Under the pieces are notes generated by a model. The model made no database searches, had not been told where the DNA came from, and saw only the letters and a program-made list of their open reading frames with translations. DNA of 64,000 bases, taken from Thermoanaerobaculia bacterium. GTDB lineage: Bacteria > Acidobacteriota > Thermoanaerobaculia > UBA5066 > Gp7-AA6. Positions within the stretch are counted from its first letter, which is position 1; each line of letters starts with the position of its first letter. Position numbers and translations under genes: made by a program. Below, one piece after another: positions 37,807 through 47,713 of this stretch. Location: contig DASXSX010000064.1 of the NCBI GenBank assembly GCA_036505815.1, positions 8,895 through 72,894 on the forward strand. The letters are read 5' to 3'.

Positions 37807-39491
37807 GGTCGACCTCGCATCAGTTTTTCCACCTCCGAAGCCTCGGCGGCGTCGAGCGCCTTCTCGGCCAGAGCCCGTACCCGCGCCGAATCGATGGCGG
37901 AGAGGGAATCCTTGACTCCGGCGATCGCGACGGGCGTGACCGAGACCTCCCGGATCCCGAGCCCCACCAGAACCGCGATCCCGATCGGATCGGCGGCGAG
38001 CTCGCCGCAGACCGCCACCGGCCGCCCGTGGGCGCGCCCGGCATCGACGACCGATCGGAGCATCCGGAGAATCGCCGGATGGAGCGGCCGGTAGAGCGCG
38101 GCGACGTCCGGGTTGGATCGATCCACGGCGAGAGCGTACTGCGCGAGGTCGTTCGTTCCGATCGAGAAAAAATCGATCGCCGGCGCGAGGCGTTCTGCCA
38201 GAAGGGCGGCCGACGGCACCTCCACCATCACTCCGAGCGGCGGCGCTTGCGAGAGCCCGGCGCGGCGCGCTGCCCGCTCGAGCGCTTTTCGCGCCTCCTC
38301 GATCTCGGAGAGCGAAGTCACCATCGGCAGCAGGATCGAGAGCGGCCCTTTTCGGGAAGCGAGACACAACGCGTCGAGCTGCGCGTCGAAGAGCTCGGGG
38401 TGGGCGAGGCAATAACGCAGGCCACGCATGCCGAGCGCGGGATTCTCGCCGCGCGCCGGACCAATGCCTTTCTCTCCGCCCAGGTCGTAAGTCCGGACCA
38501 CGACCGGATGCGGCGCGGCGGATGCGAGAAGGGCTTCGTAGATCTCGCGCTGCTCCTCGACTCCCGGCGATTCGGGCGCTGCCCTCAGGTAGAGAAACTC
38601 GGAGCGAAAGAGCCCGACTCCCTCGGCGTGAAACCGGTCGAGCGCGCCGATCTCCTCGGCGAGTTCGAGGTTCGCCCGGACGACGATCCGGACGCCATCC
38701 CGCGTCGTCGCGGCCCGCGCCGTGCGGGCGCGGAGGCGGCGCGTTTTCTCACGCGATTCCCGCACGCGCAGGAGGCTGCGCCGGAGACGCTCCTTGGAAG
38801 GGCTCGGATCGACAGTCCCCCGGTCGCCGTCCACCACGATCGGCCGTTCCGGCGAGACCGCTTCGCAGAGCCCATCGATGCCGACGACCGCAGGCAATCC
38901 GAAGGAGCGGGCGATGATCGTGGCGTGCGACGTGGGTCCTCCCCGCTCGAGCGCCAGGGCGCGGACCCGGCGGGGATCGAGTCGGGAGGCGTCGACCGGT
39001 GAGATCTCGTCGGCGACGAGGATGGACCCGCGCGGCAGCTCGGACGGCAGCAGGGCGTCGCCGCCGGTCAGCTGCCGGGCGATTTCGCGGGCGACGTCGT
39101 GGATGTCGGCGGCGCGCTCGCGCATGGCGTCGGAGTCGGCCGTCTCGAAGCGCTGGCCGAGCTCTTGCGTGACCTCCGCGAGCGCCCACTCCGCGTTGAC
39201 GTGATCGCGCTGGATCCGCTCGAAGATCGCGGCGAGATAGGTCTCGTCCGACGCGATCAAGCCGTGCGCTTCGAGGATCGCCGCGAGCTCGACGCCGATG
39301 TCACCGGCCGCCTCGCCCGAGTGTCGCCGAAACTCTTCGGCCGCCAGCCGCGAGGCGCGGCGCAGGCGTTTCTCTTCCTCGTCGAACTCTTCGGGCGCGA
39401 CCGCCCGGCGAAAGGCGGCCAGGCCTCCGAAGCGCACGATCACGGCGCGGCCGACCGCGATGCCGGGAGAGACCGGAAGACCCTGAAGCAT
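37803..39491 (-). CDS. ptsI: Phosphoenolpyruvate-protein phosphotransferase (PTS Enzyme I), no GAF domain
   Basis: GGPTSHATIIARSFGLP (active-site His), GVGLFRSEFLY, SIGTNDLAQY, CGELA. 562 aa. Confidence 0.95.
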   Translation of the reverse strand: MLQGLPVSPGIAVGRAVIVRFGGLAAFRRAVAPEEFDEEEKRLRRASRLAAEEFRRHSGEAAGDIGVELAAILEAHGLIASDETYLAAIFERIQRDHVNAEWALAEVTQELGQRFETADSDAMRERAADIHDVAREIARQLTGGDALLPSELPRGSILVADEISPVDASRLDPRRVRALALERGGPTSHATIIARSFGLPAVVGIDGLCEAVSPERPIVVDGDRGTVDPSPSKERLRRSLLRVRESREKTRRLRARTARAATTRDGVRIVVRANLELAEEIGALDRFHAEGVGLFRSEFLYLRAAPESPGVEEQREIYEALLASAAPHPVVVRTYDLGGEKGIGPARGENPALGMRGLRYCLAHPELFDAQLDALCLASRKGPLSILLPMVTSLSEIEEARKALERAARRAGLSQAPPLGVMVEVPSAALLAERLAPAIDFFSIGTNDLAQYALAVDRSNPDVAALYRPLHPAILRMLRSVVDAGRAHGRPVAVCGELAADPIGIAVLVGLGIREVSVTPVAIAGVKDSLSAIDSARVRALAEKALDAAEASEVEKLMRGRP

Positions 39492-39543
39492 CGGTGTCCG
39501 AAGCCGGCTCGAGGTTACCGTTTCCGGAAACCTTCGCCCCGGC

Positions 39544-39813
39544 TCATTGGTCCTCGTCGAAGCTCCGGACGATCAGGTCTTCAACCGCGGCGAACGCGGC
39601 ATCTTCGTCCTCACCGGAGACCGCCAAGGTGATCTGCGTCCCCTGCGACGCGGCGAGAAGGAGCAGGCCGAGGATGCTCTTACCGTCGACTTCCTCCCCG
39701 TTCTTGCGGATCTTGACATCGGACTTGAAGCGGCTCGCGGTCTGGACGAACTTGGCCGCCGCCCGGGCGTGGAGCCCGAGCCGGTTGCGGATCGCCAGAT
39801 CCCGCTCGATCAT
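39544..39813 (-). CDS. ptsH: HPr-family phosphocarrier protein
   Basis: RNRLGLHARAAAKF (His15 context) and DGKSILGLLLL (Ser46 context). ATG 39813 overlaps the EIIA stop (ATGA). Confidence 0.9.
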   Translation of the reverse strand: MIERDLAIRNRLGLHARAAAKFVQTASRFKSDVKIRKNGEEVDGKSILGLLLLAASQGTQITLAVSGEDEDAAFAAVEDLIVRSFDEDQ

Positions 39814-40253
39814 CGGACCTCCTCGTTTTCCGCCGCCGCCGCCGAAACGACTTCGTCGGCGAGCAGATCTGAGGCAACGTAGATCGAGCGCTGTCCCCGG
39901 TCCTTCGCGACGTGCGCGATCTCGACGACCGGCTTGCCGCTCTTCTGGAGCGCTGCGCACTTCAGAAGCATCGGAAGATTCACGCCGGTCACGATCTCGA
40001 CCCGGTCACGCTTCAGGAACGGCAGCGTCAGGTTTGTCGGCGTTCCGCCGAACATGTCGGTCAGGATGACCGCGCCCTCTCCCCGGTCCGCGTCCTCGAG
40101 CCCCTCGGCGATGCGGCGGCTCGCGTCGTCGCCGACCTGGTTCCAGTCGAGGGCGACCGCGACAATCTGCTCGATGTCGGGCTGGATCGTGAGCGCCGCG
40201 GCCTTTAGCTCCTCGGCGAGCCCGCCATGGGTGACCAGCAGGATCCCGATCAT
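39810..40253 (-). CDS. PTS EIIA component, mannose/fructose family
   Basis: MIGILLVTHGGLAEEL (His10 context) and DMFGGTP. Confidence 0.85.
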   Translation of the reverse strand: MIGILLVTHGGLAEELKAAALTIQPDIEQIVAVALDWNQVGDDASRRIAEGLEDADRGEGAVILTDMFGGTPTNLTLPFLKRDRVEIVTGVNLPMLLKCAALQKSGKPVVEIAHVAKDRGQRSIYVASDLLADEVVSAAAAENEEVR

Positions 40254-40292
40254 CCGCCCGCCCCGCTTCCCGCCATCCCGGAAATTATCTCC

Positions 40293-41141
40293 TCATTCGC
40301 GCGTCGCGTCGCGGTGCGAGACCTTCACCGGGAGCCCACGCGCCTTCAATTTCTTCGCGAGCTCTTCGGCGACGTACACCGAGCGGTGTTTGCCGCCGGT
40401 GCAGCCGATGCCGATCGAGAGATAGCTCTTGTGCTCGCGCTCGTAGAGAGGAAGCAGATAGTCGAGGAAGCCGGCGAGCCTTTCGAGGAACTCCGCGGTC
40501 TGCGGATCCTGTTCGATGTAGGCGGCGACGGCGGGGTCCGTGCCCACCTTCGGCTTCAACTCCGGCACGAAATGCGGGTTCGCAAGGAACCGGACGTCGA
40601 AGATCAGGTCCACGTCGTGAGGAACCCCGAACTTATAGCCGAAGGAGGTCGCCGAAACGACCATCCGCGCCGAGGTCTCGTCGCCCACGAAGGTCTTCTG
40701 CATGAAGGAGCGCAGCTCGTGGACCGTCATCGCGGAAGTGTCCACCACGACGTCGGCGAGCGCCCGGACGTCTTCGAGGAGCTCGCGTTCGCTGCGCAAG
40801 GCGGTCAGGAGCGGCCGATCGACGGAGAGCGGGTGCGGCCGGCGCGTTTCCGAGAAGCGCCGGATCAGGGCCTCTTCGCTCGCGTCTAAGAAGACCAGGC
40901 GCGTCGACGGAACGCGCTCGCGGACGCGCGCGAGGATTGGCGGGAAGCGCGAGGCGAAGTCGGGATTGCGAACGTCTAAGATGATCCCGACCCGCGGCGC
41001 GGTGACCTGCGAGAGGAGCGGCTCGATCAACGGCAGCGGCAGGTTGTCGACGCAGAAGTAGCCCATGTCCTCGAGGCACTTGAAGACGTAGCTCTTCCCG
41101 GAGCCGGAGAGGCCCGTGACGATCACGAGGCTTTCGGGCAC
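40293..41141 (-). CDS. rapZ: RNase adapter / nucleotide-binding protein RapZ (YvcJ family)
   Basis: LVIVTGLSGSGKSYVFKCLEDMGYFCVDNLP and C-terminal IGCTGGKHRSV. Start at GTG 41141 gives 282 aa; an alternative GTG is at 41195. The rest of track ORF 40293..42104 is out-of-frame overlap with hprK. Confidence 0.9.
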   Translation of the reverse strand: MPESLVIVTGLSGSGKSYVFKCLEDMGYFCVDNLPLPLIEPLLSQVTAPRVGIILDVRNPDFASRFPPILARVRERVPSTRLVFLDASEEALIRRFSETRRPHPLSVDRPLLTALRSERELLEDVRALADVVVDTSAMTVHELRSFMQKTFVGDETSARMVVSATSFGYKFGVPHDVDLIFDVRFLANPHFVPELKPKVGTDPAVAAYIEQDPQTAEFLERLAGFLDYLLPLYEREHKSYLSIGIGCTGGKHRSVYVAEELAKKLKARGLPVKVSHRDATRE

Positions 41142-41239
41142 CGCCGGCGCGGCGGCAGCGCGCTTCGGGGCAGACTTCGGCGTCGCAGTGACCACTCGCC
41201 CCGCTGCGCGCTTCTCTTTCGGCCGCCTCCGCGAGGCGC

Positions 41240-42202
41240 TCAAGCGCGCTTCAGCCCGGGCGACGAGAGCGCGTTGCGGGCGATTTGTTCGTCGACCTTG
41301 AGCGCGAACTCCTTGGCGGCGTCGTATCCCTGCGTCTTCAGGAGCTCGTTGCGCGCGGCGATCTCGATCAAGAGAGCGATATTGCGGCCGGATGCGACCG
41401 GAAGCTTCAAGAACGGGCGCGCGCGGTCGAGGATCGAGTACGTCTCTCCGTCGAGCCCGAGCCGGTCGTAGGACTTCGTCGGGTCCCACCGCTCGAGCTC
41501 GATCACGAGCTCGATCGACTTGGACGAGCGCACGGCGGAGACGCCGAAGAGATGCTTGATGTTGATGATCCCGATGCCTCGCAGCTCCATGTGGTAGCGC
41601 AGCATGTCCGCTGCCCTCCCCACGAGAGATCCGTTCGGGTATTTCCGGATCTCGACGACGTCGTCGGCGACGAGCCGGTGGCCGCGCTGGATCAGGTCGA
41701 GCGCGGACTCGCTCTTCCCGATGCCCGACTCGCCCAGGAGGAGAACTCCCATGCCGTAGACATCGACGAGGACGCCGTGCAGGGTCGTCATGGGAGCGAG
41801 CTCGTCTTCGAGAATCCGCGTGATCGACTGGATGACCACCGAGGTCGTCTCCGGCGACACGAGGAGCGGAATCCGGCGGGTCCGGCACTCGCGCACGAGC
41901 TCTTCGGGCGCCTCCTGCCCCTTGGTGACCACGAAGGCCGAAACCGGCAGGGCGCAGATCATCGCGATGCGATCGCGGCGGAGTTCGAACGGCATCGTCT
42001 CGAGATAGTTCAGCTCGCTCTCCCCCAGGACCTGAATTCGGCCCGGCTTGATGAAGGAGAGGAAACCCGCGAGCGCGAGGCCGGGGCGCTGGATGCGCCC
42101 CCACGAGATCGGCCGGTCGAAGCCGGTTTCCCCCGCCACGATGTCGAAGGAGAGATCGGCGAGCGCGGGAGAACGGAGGACGTCGGCCGTGAGCTGGGTC
42201 AT
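41240..42202 (-). CDS. hprK: HPr kinase/phosphorylase
   Basis: HGVLVDVYGMGVLLLGESGIGKSESALDLIQRGHRLVADD. Start ATG 42202 by N-terminal similarity to HprK; an alternative GTG at 42274 overlaps the ptsN stop. Confidence 0.9.
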   Translation of the reverse strand: MTQLTADVLRSPALADLSFDIVAGETGFDRPISWGRIQRPGLALAGFLSFIKPGRIQVLGESELNYLETMPFELRRDRIAMICALPVSAFVVTKGQEAPEELVRECRTRRIPLLVSPETTSVVIQSITRILEDELAPMTTLHGVLVDVYGMGVLLLGESGIGKSESALDLIQRGHRLVADDVVEIRKYPNGSLVGRAADMLRYHMELRGIGIINIKHLFGVSAVRSSKSIELVIELERWDPTKSYDRLGLDGETYSILDRARPFLKLPVASGRNIALLIEIAARNELLKTQGYDAAKEFALKVDEQIARNALSSPGLKRA

Positions 42203-42270
42203 GGGATTCTCATCGAGAGTCCGGGAAGGAGGATACGCCCGAACGCGTCCCGGGCGGGGCCAGTCCCCGG

Positions 42271-42762
42271 TCACACCGGCACGGCCAGACGGCCTTCGGC
42301 TTCCTTCAGGACCGCCGCGATCTCTCCGGCAGTCGCCTTTCTCCTCAGGTCTTCCGCGATCCCCGGCAGTCGGATCACACGGGAAATCCTCGCGAGGGCC
42401 TGGAGGTGAAGCGCCGGCGCGTCGGCGGGAGAGAGCACGAGGAAGACGAGCGTGACCGGCACTCCATCCGACGCGAGGAAGTCGATCCCGCGGCAGGACA
42501 CGCCAACGGCGAGAACGACTTGCGAGAGCTCCTTTAGCTTGCAGTGCGGGATCGCGAGCCCGTCTCCGAGCCCTGTCGATCCCATCCGCTCCCGCTCGAC
42601 GAGCCGGCGCGCGACGTCTTCGCCGTCCTTGACGACACCGGCTCGAGCCAGCCCGGCCGCCATCTCGGCGAGGACCTCCTCGACCGTCCCGCCCGCGAGG
42701 TCGGGAAAGATCCGCTTCTCGTCGACGAGGCTGCCAAAGAAGCCGACCTCGGTCGGATTCAT
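42271..42762 (-). CDS. ptsN: PTS EIIA(Ntr)-type nitrogen regulatory protein
   Basis: GSTGLGDGLAIPHCKL (phospho-His context), in the conserved position after hpf. Confidence 0.85.
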   Translation of the reverse strand: MNPTEVGFFGSLVDEKRIFPDLAGGTVEEVLAEMAAGLARAGVVKDGEDVARRLVERERMGSTGLGDGLAIPHCKLKELSQVVLAVGVSCRGIDFLASDGVPVTLVFLVLSPADAPALHLQALARISRVIRLPGIAEDLRRKATAGEIAAVLKEAEGRLAVPV

Positions 42763-42799
42763 CCCGGGAGTGACCCCCGGGCGTGCGACCGCGCGTGCA

Positions 42800-43354
42800 T
42801 CAGCATTCGATCAGGCCGAAGTTGCCGTCGCGGCGCCTGTACAGGACGGAAATCTTTTCGGTTCCGGAGTCTCGGAAGACGACGAATTCTTCCTCCGAGC
42901 TTTCGATGCGCAGCGCCGCTTCCTCGGCGCTCATCGGCTTGACGGCGAGGCGGCCGGAACGGACGATCCGCCGCTCCGGCGCGGCCGCACGCGCCCCCTT
43001 CTTTCCCGCGCCGCCCGCCGGCGCCGCCGGCTCCTCGGGAGGGAGCAGTCTCGGCGAGGCCCGGTTCTTGCGATCCCGCCGCTTCTCGAGATCCTTCTTG
43101 GCCTGCGCGTCGATCTTCTCAAAGGCGAGCGCGACCGCGGCCCGCGGGTCAGCCGTGTACTCGTGCGCGTTCCAGCGTCGCCGTCGGTGGGTGGCGATGA
43201 TCTCCGCGCCGAATCGGTGCCGCTCGTGGGACAGCACCACACGCACGTTGGCGGGACCGCCGAGGTGGCGCTCCAGGCGCTCCGCTCGCTCGCGAGCCAG
43301 ATTCCGCAACGACGGGGTCACTTCGACGTTGCGACCTGTGCATTCGACGGCCAT
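42800..43354 (-). CDS. hpf: Ribosome hibernation-promoting factor, long form
   Basis: GRNVEVTPSLRNLARERAERLERH... plus the C-terminal dimerisation motif FVVFRDSGTEKISVLYRRRDGNFGLIE. ATG 43354 follows GGAGGG. Confidence 0.9.
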   Translation of the reverse strand: MAVECTGRNVEVTPSLRNLARERAERLERHLGGPANVRVVLSHERHRFGAEIIATHRRRRWNAHEYTADPRAAVALAFEKIDAQAKKDLEKRRDRKNRASPRLLPPEEPAAPAGGAGKKGARAAAPERRIVRSGRLAVKPMSAEEAALRIESSEEEFVVFRDSGTEKISVLYRRRDGNFGLIEC

Positions 43355-43386
43355 CAGCCCTCCGTCAAGTCCGGATTCCGGACGGA

Positions 43387-44868
43387 TCAAAAACTCTGCT
43401 TGCGTTGCGACGAGGAGGGGATCCGCAGCTCTTCTCGATACTTCGCGACGGTCCGCCGGGCGATCTGGATCCCCTCCGCGCGAAGCTTCTGCATGATCCG
43501 CGCGTCCGAGTGGGGACGGTCGGTGTCCTCCTCGGAGACGATCTTCGCGATCTTGCTCTTGATCGAGAGCGACGACACCTCGCTGCCCTGGGTCGAGTCG
43601 ATGCCGCTGTGGAAGAAATACTTCATCGGAAAGAGTCCGCGCGGCGTGTGGATGTACTTGTTGGAGACCACGCGCGAGACCGTCGACTCGTGCATCCCGA
43701 TGTCGTTCGCGACGTCCCGCAAAACGAGCGGCCGAAGGTGCTCGATGCCGTTCTCGAGAAACTCCCGCTGATGGCGCACGATCGAGTCGGCGACTTTGTA
43801 GATCGTCCGCTGGCGCTGATCCAGGCTCTTGATGAGCCACACCGCCGAGCGCATCTTCTCCTTCAGGTATGTGGCCGCTTCCTCGCCGATCGCTCCGTTG
43901 CCGCCGCGAAGCATTCGGCGGTAGGCAGCGGAGATGCGAAGCTTCGGTAGTCCGTCTTCGTTCAACTGGATGACGTACTCGTCTCCGATCTTGCGAACCG
44001 CGACGTCGGGCTCGACGTAGATCGTGCGTTCGTCGGAATACTTGCGGCCCGGTTTCGGCTCGAGGTTCTTGATGATCTCGAAGACCGCCTGCAGCTGCGA
44101 AAGGCCGACGTTCAACGACCGGGCGAGCTGCGCGAACTGTCGGTTCAGGAACTCCGACCAATGTTCGTTGATGACTTTCTCGATCAAAGGGTTCTCGATT
44201 CCGATCGCTCGGAGCTGGAGCATCAGGCAGTCGGGCAGGTCGAACGCTCCGACCCCGGGAGGATCGAACGAGCGGACCAGAGCGAGCGCGGCCTCGACGT
44301 CCTTCTCTTCCGTGAAGCCGGCCGCGTGGATCTCGTCGCGGGACACGCGGAGGTATCCGTCCTCGTCGATGTTGCCGACCAGGTATTGCGCGAGCTCTCG
44401 GATGGCGGCCGGAGCGTCGGACATCGAGAGCTGCCAGTTCAGGTGCTCCGGCAATCCCTGGGGCCGCGAGAGCGTGTTCTCGAGAGGGACCTGCTCGGTG
44501 TCCTCGTACTGCCGCGGGTTGTAGGCGCTGTCCAAGTAATCCTCGAAGTAGGAATCGAAATCGATCTCGTCGAAAGAGTCCCGCTCCTTCTCGACGGGCG
44601 TCTCCGCGACGTCGGGTGAAGCCGGAGCAGGTTCCGCGTCCGCTTCCTTGGCTGCGGAGGCTTCCGCTTCGACCTCGGCCTCGGTCGGCTGCTCGGCGGC
44701 GGCCGCCTCTTCTTCTTCCTCGAGCAGCGGGTTCTCGACGATCTCCTGCGTCAGGACGTCCTGAAGCTCGAGCTTCGACATCTGCAGCAGCTTGATCGCC
44801 TGCTGCAGCGACGGCGTCATGACCAGCCGCTGGGAGAGTCTGAGGTTGAGCTTTTGCTCTAGAGCCAT
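43387..44868 (-). CDS. rpoN: RNA polymerase sigma-54 factor
   Basis: N-terminal MALEQKLNLRLSQRLVMTPSLQQAIKLLQ. RpoN box ARRTVAKYRE. HTH HESTVSRVVSNKY. Confidence 0.96.
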   Translation of the reverse strand: MALEQKLNLRLSQRLVMTPSLQQAIKLLQMSKLELQDVLTQEIVENPLLEEEEEAAAAEQPTEAEVEAEASAAKEADAEPAPASPDVAETPVEKERDSFDEIDFDSYFEDYLDSAYNPRQYEDTEQVPLENTLSRPQGLPEHLNWQLSMSDAPAAIRELAQYLVGNIDEDGYLRVSRDEIHAAGFTEEKDVEAALALVRSFDPPGVGAFDLPDCLMLQLRAIGIENPLIEKVINEHWSEFLNRQFAQLARSLNVGLSQLQAVFEIIKNLEPKPGRKYSDERTIYVEPDVAVRKIGDEYVIQLNEDGLPKLRISAAYRRMLRGGNGAIGEEAATYLKEKMRSAVWLIKSLDQRQRTIYKVADSIVRHQREFLENGIEHLRPLVLRDVANDIGMHESTVSRVVSNKYIHTPRGLFPMKYFFHSGIDSTQGSEVSSLSIKSKIAKIVSEEDTDRPHSDARIMQKLRAEGIQIARRTVAKYREELRIPSSSQRKQSF

Positions 44869-44883
44869 CGGAGATGAATTCGC

Positions 44884-45681
44884 CTACCGGAGTTGAAACG
44901 CCTCCCCCAGATAGATCTTTTTTACGACGGCGTCATTCGACAAGGCAAGCGGCGTGCCAGCCCGCAAAATCTCGCCGGCGTTGATTATATAAGCGCGGTC
45001 GACGATGGACAAAGTCTCGCGGACGTTGTGGTCCGTGACGAGTACTCCGATGCCGGAGGACGCCAGACGGCGCACGATCGACTGGATGTCGAGCACGGCG
45101 ATCGGGTCGATCCCCGCGAAGGGTTCGTCGAGCAGGAGGAAGTAGGGGGAAACGACGAGGCTGCGGGCGATCTCGACGCGGCGCCGCTCTCCCCCCGACA
45201 GCGTGTAGGCGCGGTGGTCGCGCACCCCCTCGAGGCCGAACTCGGCAAGAAGCTCGTCGGCCCGTTCCTGCCGCGCCGAGTGCGGCAGATCGAGCGTCTC
45301 CAAAATCGCCAGGAGATTCTGCTCGACGGTCATCTTGCGGAAGACGGACGGCTCCTGCGGCAGGTACGAGATCCCGGCGCGGGCGCGGCGATACATCGGC
45401 AGGCCGGTCAGGTCGCGATCGCCCAGCCGGACGGTCCCGGCGTCCGGCTCGACCAGCCCGACCACGATCGAGAAAGTCGTCGTCTTTCCCGCGCCATTGG
45501 GACCGAGAAGCCCGACGATTTCCGCAGCGGCGACCTCGAGCGACACGCCGGAGACGACGGTGCGCCCGGAGTAGGACTTGACCAGCCCTTCCGCAACGAG
45601 GAGAGGTCGCTCTTCCCCGCGGCGGATGGCCGTGGCGGCATCGGAGGGAAGAGGCCGCGCTTCTTCTCGACTCTCTGCCAC
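44884..45681 (-). CDS. lptB: LPS export ABC transporter ATP-binding protein
   Basis: Walker [10 protein letters not shown], signature LSGGERRR, Walker [10 protein letters not shown]. Conserved position upstream of rpoN. Confidence 0.93.
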   Translation of the reverse strand: MAESREEARPLPSDAATAIRRGEERPLLVAEGLVKSYSGRTVVSGVSLEVAAAEIVGLLGPNGAGKTTTFSIVVGLVEPDAGTVRLGDRDLTGLPMYRRARAGISYLPQEPSVFRKMTVEQNLLAILETLDLPHSARQERADELLAEFGLEGVRDHRAYTLSGGERRRVEIARSLVVSPYFLLLDEPFAGIDPIAVLDIQSIVRRLASSGIGVLVTDHNVRETLSIVDRAYIINAGEILRAGTPLALSNDAVVKKIYLGEAFQLR

Positions 45682-45727
45682 GGACCAAGGATAGTGGATC
45701 GTCGCAGCGGAAAGCAGCGAGCCGTCC

Positions 45728-47713
45728 TCAGTTCGATTTGGTCTTGTGGATCGTTTCGGTCCGGCCGCCTTCCGGGGCCGTCACCTCGACGTTCTTGCCC
45801 CGGCCGGTGATTGTCAGCGTGGAACCGGCGACGCGGTTGCCTTCGGCGTCGGAGACCCGCGCCGGGCTGCCGTTCAAGACCGTCCGTCCCTCGTTTGGAT
45901 AGTCGACGGCCCGATCCGCGGCGCCGGTTCGACCGGTCGTCCGGTCGGCGAGCGCGACCCCGCCGGAGAGCTCGATGCGCTCGAGCTTCCTGTCCTTCGT
46001 GAAGAAGGCGACCCCCCGGTCTCCCGACGCGCGCCAGGCGCCCCGCGTGACCGTCACGCCGTCTTCGAAGACGGCGCTCGACTCGCTCTCCCGATACAGA
46101 AGTCGGCGCGCGGTGACGACCGTCGGCTCCTCGCGCACGCTTCCTTTTGCGCCGAGGGCCGGCGCGCGCGTCAAAACCGCGCGAACCTTGCCGACGGCGG
46201 CCGCGCTCTTCTCGACGTCGTTCAACGTGATGTCATCCGCGAAGACCGAGGAGGAGTCCTGCCACAGGCTGGCGGTTCCCGAGAGCGAAGCGAGATGCGT
46301 CTCCCGATCGAGAACGATTCGCTCGGCCTTGCCGTAGGTGGGTTTCGTCGGATCTCCGAGGAGCGCGGCGCCGTCCGCCGGATGGTCTTTCGACGGGACG
46401 AAGACGGCGCGCGCATTTCCCTCCGCGCGGAGCGTTTTTCGAATTCGGTCGATCTCAATCCGCGACGCCGAGACCCGCGATCCGCGCTCTTCGACGGTCG
46501 CGGATTTTTCGGGAGTGCCCGTGAGCAACCATACCCCCCGGCCGGGAATGTCCACCACGCGATTCGCGCGTCCGGTCCGGCCGTCCCCCTCCAGGTGGAC
46601 GTCTCCCTCGAGCTCGAGGGTCTGAAAGTCCCCCCCCGCCGCGAACGAAGCGCTCGCGCGCATGGCCTCGGCGTTTCCGCGGTCCGATCGAAGCTTTACG
46701 TCTCCGCTCGCGCGGGCCGACACCGGGCGGCCGCCCGCGATGTCCAGATCCACGGAGCGCGCGGCGAGCTGACGGTTCGCTTCCGTCACGGCGGCAGGGT
46801 TGCCGATCAGATGAATCGACCGGACTTCTCCGGAAGAATCGAAAAGGAGCGCCGCCTCGTCGGCAGAGTAAGCCCGCGCGGCTGCGCCGGCGCCCGCGGG
46901 AGCGAGCGTTCCTCTCACTCTTGAAAACGCTCTCGCCCACTCGGGCCGATTGCTTTCCGGAGAAAGCCTCATCAGCAACCGGCCGCACGCGAGAGTGTCG
47001 CCTTTCGCCGATCGAGCGGAGACGTTGCCCTGGAGCTCGATGACCGCCTCTTCGCGGCGGTACTCGCCGGAGTCGCCCGCGATCGAAGAGAGGCCGCCGC
47101 TCCCCTGCCCCGTCCCGGTGCCGCGGATAGGGCCGGCGAGCGTGAGCTTGCGGCTGCGCACGTCATAGGCGCCGGACGCCGCGCGGACGTCGAACGTCCC
47201 CCGTGTGAAATGGAGGCTCGTCGGCGCCCGCAACGTTCGCTTCGACGGATCGAACTCGAGCTTCTCGGTCTCGCCGAGCGCGCCGTCCTGCGACTCGACC
47301 CAGCGGACGTTCCCCGACAGCACGGCCGCCTTCGTGCGATCGTCGTACTGCGCGCGGTCGGCCAGGACTGTCACGGGTGCCCCCGCCTCCGGGTAGAGGG
47401 TCAGCGAGACTTTTTCGAGCGCGTACCAGTTCGGGGGCAGCCCGGCGCCGGGTCCGAAGCCGATCGTGCGCTCCGATCGGATCCGGAAGAGCGGCTTCTC
47501 CCCGACCGATTCGGTGTAGTCGAATCCCTGGAGGAGCGTCGTGGGTCGACCGCCCTGCGGCGCACCGGGAACGTCCGAGCTCTCACGGCCGCCGCTCGCA
47601 AAGCGCCCGCCTCCCGTGGCAGGCGCGTGCCCGGATCGAAAGAAGAAGGCGATCAACGCGAGAAACGCCGCCCCGAAGACGAGGATGCCGACCTCGAGCC
47701 GCCGGAGCTTCAC
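45728..47713 (-). CDS. Membrane-anchored multi-module LptC/LptA (OstA-like) protein
   Basis: GTG 47713 overlaps the recJ stop (GTGA). One TM helix [20 protein letters not shown]. About ten repeats of the OstA-type pattern A-x-x-h-x-Y/F...L-x-G-N/D-V, for example [21 protein letters not shown] and [22 protein letters not shown]. Occupies the lptC-lptA slot upstream of lptB. Confidence 0.7.
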   Translation of the reverse strand: MKLRRLEVGILVFGAAFLALIAFFFRSGHAPATGGGRFASGGRESSDVPGAPQGGRPTTLLQGFDYTESVGEKPLFRIRSERTIGFGPGAGLPPNWYALEKVSLTLYPEAGAPVTVLADRAQYDDRTKAAVLSGNVRWVESQDGALGETEKLEFDPSKRTLRAPTSLHFTRGTFDVRAASGAYDVRSRKLTLAGPIRGTGTGQGSGGLSSIAGDSGEYRREEAVIELQGNVSARSAKGDTLACGRLLMRLSPESNRPEWARAFSRVRGTLAPAGAGAAARAYSADEAALLFDSSGEVRSIHLIGNPAAVTEANRQLAARSVDLDIAGGRPVSARASGDVKLRSDRGNAEAMRASASFAAGGDFQTLELEGDVHLEGDGRTGRANRVVDIPGRGVWLLTGTPEKSATVEERGSRVSASRIEIDRIRKTLRAEGNARAVFVPSKDHPADGAALLGDPTKPTYGKAERIVLDRETHLASLSGTASLWQDSSSVFADDITLNDVEKSAAAVGKVRAVLTRAPALGAKGSVREEPTVVTARRLLYRESESSAVFEDGVTVTRGAWRASGDRGVAFFTKDRKLERIELSGGVALADRTTGRTGAADRAVDYPNEGRTVLNGSPARVSDAEGNRVAGSTLTITGRGKNVEVTAPEGGRTETIHKTKSN

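Noticed and set aside
41196-42104. Extension of the rapZ frame into a 603-aa ORF.
   Set aside because: The extra 300 codons are low-complexity R/A/P-rich and overlap hprK in another frame. hprK has an unambiguous Walker A and HPr-kinase signature. RapZ similarity begins at LVIVTGLSGSGKS.
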